Positions 60,719-64,000 of a DNA stretch of 64,000 nt are shown one piece after another; positions within the stretch are counted from its first letter, which is position 1; every line of letters starts with the position of its first letter. The position numbers and the translations under genes are program-made. The DNA is taken from contig JAOZFH010000063.1 of assembly GCA_027491415.1 (NCBI GenBank), positions 64,414 to 128,413 on the forward strand. The letters run 5' to 3'. Source of the DNA: Thermoproteota archaeon (GTDB lineage Archaea > Korarchaeota > Korarchaeia > Korarchaeales > Korarchaeaceae). The notes below the pieces were generated by a model. It was not told the DNA's origin and did no database searches. It saw only the letters and a program-made list of their open reading frames with translations.

Positions 60719-61336
60719 TTGTCCTCCAGGTCCGTCGGAAGGGTCGTCCCGACCAAGGGCTTCCTGATCAGGCTGAGGGAGAGGGTCTCGTTCCTCGAGA
60801 GGGGCGTCGAGGCCCTCAAGATGAAGAGGGACCAGCTCGTGAAGGAGGCCCAGGCGCTGATCAAGGAGCTCAAGATCAGGGAGGATGCAGAGAAGAAGAT
60901 GGTCGAGGCGTACGAGCTCCTGAGGCTGGCCTACGCCACCGCGGGGCCGTCAGAGGCGTCCAAGGCGGCCCTCCTAGCTAGGCCCATGAGGACAAAGATG
61001 AGGGTCAGGAGCGTGATAGGGGTGGAGGTCCCGGAGATCGAGGTGAGGGAGCTGGAGGTCGTCACCACGCCGTCCCTCAACGCCGCCGTCATAGCTGCCG
61101 CGGAGAAGATGGCCGAGGCCCTCAACGAGATCATCAAGTCCGCGAACGTGGAGGCGAGGTTCGAGAGGATCGCCGAGAGCCTGGCGGAGACCATGAGGAA
61201 GGTGAACGCGCTGGAGAAGCTCGTCATACCGGAGCACAAGGAGATAATCAAGTACATCGAGGAGGTGCTGGAGGAAGAGGGCCTAGAGGAGTTCCTGCGG
61301 GTCAAGAAGTACAAGTCGGTGAAGGGGAGGGAGTGA
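60719..61336 (+). CDS. atpD: A/V-type ATP synthase subunit D
   Basis: PTK..L, LKMKRDQL, RKVNALE..IP. Confidence 0.95.
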   Translation: MSSRSVGRVVPTKGFLIRLRERVSFLERGVEALKMKRDQLVKEAQALIKELKIREDAEKKMVEAYELLRLAYATAGPSEASKAALLARPMRTKMRVRSVIGVEVPEIEVRELEVVTTPSLNAAVIAAAEKMAEALNEIIKSANVEARFERIAESLAETMRKVNALEKLVIPEHKEIIKYIEEVLEEEGLEEFLRVKKYKSVKGRE

Positions 61337-61337
61337 G

Positions 61338-62363
61338 TTGGGCAGCAGGCTCAAGTACGCGATCGTCCGGGCCCATGGCCTCAAGACTCACCTCGTGCCC
61401 GAGGAGACCCTGAAGTCCTGGGCGTTCGTAGGGGACGACGAGGCCCTCTTCTCTGAGCTAGCGAAGACCGAGTACGGTCCGTTCTTCGCGGGGCCCGAGG
61501 ACCTTAGAAGGGCGGACAAGATTGAGGAGGCTCACGCCAGGGTGATGGCCAGGAGAGCCAGGCAGGTGACATCCCTCGTCACCGGCGGGATTGCCGAGTT
61601 CTTCAAGGCGTACATGGCGAAGTACGACTTGGAGAACATCAGGAGGATAATATACTCCTTGGTGAGGGCCACGGCCCTAGAGGAGACTGCTCTCCTGCCG
61701 ATACAGGGGTTCGTGCTCGACGTCGCCGTGCTGGCCAAGGCTAACTCCGTGGAGCAGCTGGTGGATCTGATAAGGGTAGAGGAGATAAAGAGTCAGCTGA
61801 GGAGGTGGCTGGCAGAGGGAGACAAGGACCTCACCGCCCTCGATCTGACGCTCGACGTTGCCTACAGAGACCTCGTTGTGTCCAGCGCCCAGGCAGCCAA
61901 GCCGCTAAGGAAGGACGGGGCCTTCAACGAGATCCTGTCTCTCTACCTGGACAGGGTACTCCTGGTCTCAGGGCTCAAGGCGCTGCTGAAAGGGGAGAGG
62001 GGTCCCCTAACGTTGTTTGAGGGCAGGCTGGACCCTGCGGCGTACAAGATACTCCGCTCGGCCGAAGACCTGAGGGATGCGCTGGTCGCGCTGGGCAGGA
62101 TAGAGAGATACCGACACCTGGCCACGGAGGTCCTGGACTCGTACAAGAAGGTCGGGCAGCCGTGGATCCTCGAGCTGGCTGCTTACAGGGACATATCGAC
62201 ATGGGCCCTTAGGTACGGGACAAAGAAGCCGATCTCGCCTGCATACCTGCTGACGTACCTGATAGAGGTCGAGTGGGAGGCGGTCAGGATCAAGACCCTC
62301 CTCCTCTCGCGGATAGCAGGGCTGACCGGTGACAGGGTGTACGACCTAGTCAAGGAGAGGTAG
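61338..62363 (+). CDS. atpC: A/V-type ATP synthase subunit C
   Basis: Y...RAHG...L, T.YG, YDLENI, YL..VEWE...IK. Confidence 0.85.
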   Translation: MGSRLKYAIVRAHGLKTHLVPEETLKSWAFVGDDEALFSELAKTEYGPFFAGPEDLRRADKIEEAHARVMARRARQVTSLVTGGIAEFFKAYMAKYDLENIRRIIYSLVRATALEETALLPIQGFVLDVAVLAKANSVEQLVDLIRVEEIKSQLRRWLAEGDKDLTALDLTLDVAYRDLVVSSAQAAKPLRKDGAFNEILSLYLDRVLLVSGLKALLKGERGPLTLFEGRLDPAAYKILRSAEDLRDALVALGRIERYRHLATEVLDSYKKVGQPWILELAAYRDISTWALRYGTKKPISPAYLLTYLIEVEWEAVRIKTLLLSRIAGLTGDRVYDLVKER

Positions 62364-62477
62364 TCTGGCCCGGACTCGGTTACCCGAACGGGCGGGAGAG
62401 GGTAGCCACGAGACGCCCCCACCGATAGAGGATCCCAAAAAACGGTGATCGAAAAAGGGGAGAGGGGGACCCCCTGC

Positions 62478-62825
62478 CTAGAGCTTGCCGAGGATCAGGT
62501 ACCCTATGAGGAACCCGTAGATCGCGACTCCCTCCGAGAGACCTCCCAGCACGACCACGGCCGTGAACATGTCTGGCCTCTCGGCGAGGAGGGCGCTGCC
62601 TCCGACGGCCACTCCGTATAGGGCTATGCCTGCGGCTATTGTGCTGCCGACCACGGCGATGGCCGCGCCTATATACCCGAGGTTGCCCCCCTGGCCAACG
62701 GGAGCACCCTCCTCCTGAACCACCTGACTAGCCAGCGACACAGAGGCGGGTAGGAGCACTATCGGCAGGGCGAGTACTATGGCCACAAGTATCTTGTTCT
62801 TTACGAACCCAAGCCTTCTAGCCAT
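62478..62825 (-). CDS. atpK: A/V-type ATP synthase proteolipid subunit K (c)
   Basis: Signal-like N-terminus, single hairpin, AERP loop, ion-binding Glu in GLSEGVAIYG. Confidence 0.93.
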   Translation of the reverse strand: MARRLGFVKNKILVAIVLALPIVLLPASVSLASQVVQEEGAPVGQGGNLGYIGAAIAVVGSTIAAGIALYGVAVGGSALLAERPDMFTAVVVLGGLSEGVAIYGFLIGYLILGKL

Positions 62826-62927
62826 ACTCAACACCCCTGACAGCCGTCATAGCTCATGCTGAGCCACGATCCGGCCGGGTGCGGGCTCTCTTCAGAATAT
62901 AAAAACGTTTGACCGTACTTAATTGTC

Positions 62928-64000
62928 CTACCCAAGCATGTCTCTGATCGTTACGAATCTGCGACCGGCGGCCGAGAAGAACTTCGTGAACAGCTCATAG
63001 AAGGTGAGCCTAAGCGCTTGGATGAACGATACCATTCCCTCTAGCCCCATCGCGAAGATGTTGAACACAACTATCGGCATGACGTGCCCAAGAGTCGATG
63101 TGGCGTGCTCTGCGAGTTCGTGGGCCAGGACTCCAAAGGTTGCGTGCGATATCGCGAATCCGGCCAGCCTTAGGAATGAGAGGCTGTTGCTGAGGAGAGA
63201 TAGTGTGCTCTCTAGGAAGACGGTTATCCCCTCGACCACACCCTCCCCGACGCCGTGTCCGTGCCTCAGGGACTCAAAGATCGGATAGATTACTGTCATC
63301 ACCACCAATCCGGCAGCCACTCGGAACAGGGGGTCTGTCATCGTGGTTGCGATGTCCGCGCCGTTCCGGTAGGCAGCGTAGACCGCAAGAGTGTAGGCTG
63401 CGAACGTCCCAAAACCTCGGAACTCTAGGAGAGATCCGAGCAGGTCTCCCTCGACGATCTTGTTGATGCCCTGGAGGATGAAGGCGATGGACAGCTCGAT
63501 CGCGCCAAAGAGCACCGCAAGGGAAATCAGTCCCATAGGCTCCTTCGAGGGGGCGGGGAGGATGCTATGCTCTGTTAGGTGGATGAAGAACGCCTCTCCG
63601 TACAAGAAGCCGAACAGAGCCGCCGCCAGGCCCGCGTAGATTAGAATTCCCCCGAACTCGCGCATATTCTCGCTCTTTGACCTCCTCATGAGAAGCGCCC
63701 CTAGGGCCGCTAGGACTAGTCCGTGACCCAGATCACCGTACATGAAGCCGAACATCAGGGAGAAAAGTATCGTCGTGATCGGGGTCGGATCTAGCTCTCT
63801 CAGCCTGGGGAGGCCGTACATCTTGTGAGTCAACAGCCTGAACGGCCTGAAGATCTTACTGACTCGGATGTACGTGGGCGGCTTGTCCCCCTTCTTCGGC
63901 TCCTCGAACTCTATTCCCAAGAATCCCGCAAGCTTGTTCGAGAGCTTCTCTTTTAGGACCTCCGCCCTGTTTGCTGGGACCCACCCCTGGGTGAGGACCA
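62928..64000 (-). CDS. atpI: A/V-type ATP synthase subunit I (a), C-terminal part; 5' end outside window
   Basis: GWVP, YGLP..ELDPT, FGFMYGDLGHG, SFLRL, RLTFYE.FTKF. Confidence 0.95.
   Translation of the reverse strand, partial: VLTQGWVPANRAEVLKEKLSNKLAGFLGIEFEEPKKGDKPPTYIRVSKIFRPFRLLTHKMYGLPRLRELDPTPITTILFSLMFGFMYGDLGHGLVLAALGALLMRRSKSENMREFGGILIYAGLAAALFGFLYGEAFFIHLTEHSILPAPSKEPMGLISLAVLFGAIELSIAFILQGINKIVEGDLLGSLLEFRGFGTFAAYTLAVYAAYRNGADIATTMTDPLFRVAAGLVVMTVIYPIFESLRHGHGVGEGVVEGITVFLESTLSLLSNSLSFLRLAGFAISHATFGVLAHELAEHATSTLGHVMPIVVFNIFAMGLEGMVSFIQALRLTFYELFTKFFSAAGRRFVTIRDMLG

Overview
GC-rich archaeal chromosome segment, mostly housekeeping genes. Crenactin, a short PIP-tailed XPF and a multi-OB/Zn-finger RPA together suggest a Thermoproteota (TACK) lineage, most plausibly Korarchaeia (inference). 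Contents: a translation/transcription cluster (rpo4, rpl21e, pus10, aIF5A, uS9, uL13, eL18, rpo3, uS11, uS4, uS13); seven tRNAs, including a tRNA-Pro(CGG) with a BHB intron in its T-loop that hides it from naive searches; a 1624-aa surface protein; a small accessory patch (~17.8-25.6 kb) with three VapBC pairs and decayed genes; phosphate transport genes, TFE and EndoQ; crenactin, RtcA-RPA-XPF and AsnRS; 2-oxoacid:ferredoxin oxidoreductase genes; and an A-type ATP synthase split into two convergent operons. Best leads: (1) a full-length form III-like RuBisCO homologue lacking nearly all catalytic residues, next to ribose-1,5-bisphosphate isomerase; (2) an arcadin-2-like protein inserted in the rps11-rpoD operon, about 31 kb from a stand-alone crenactin; (3) the T-loop intron tRNA, whose intron can fold two ways; (4) candidate small RNAs. 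All assignments were made by eye from motifs; no database searches were run.
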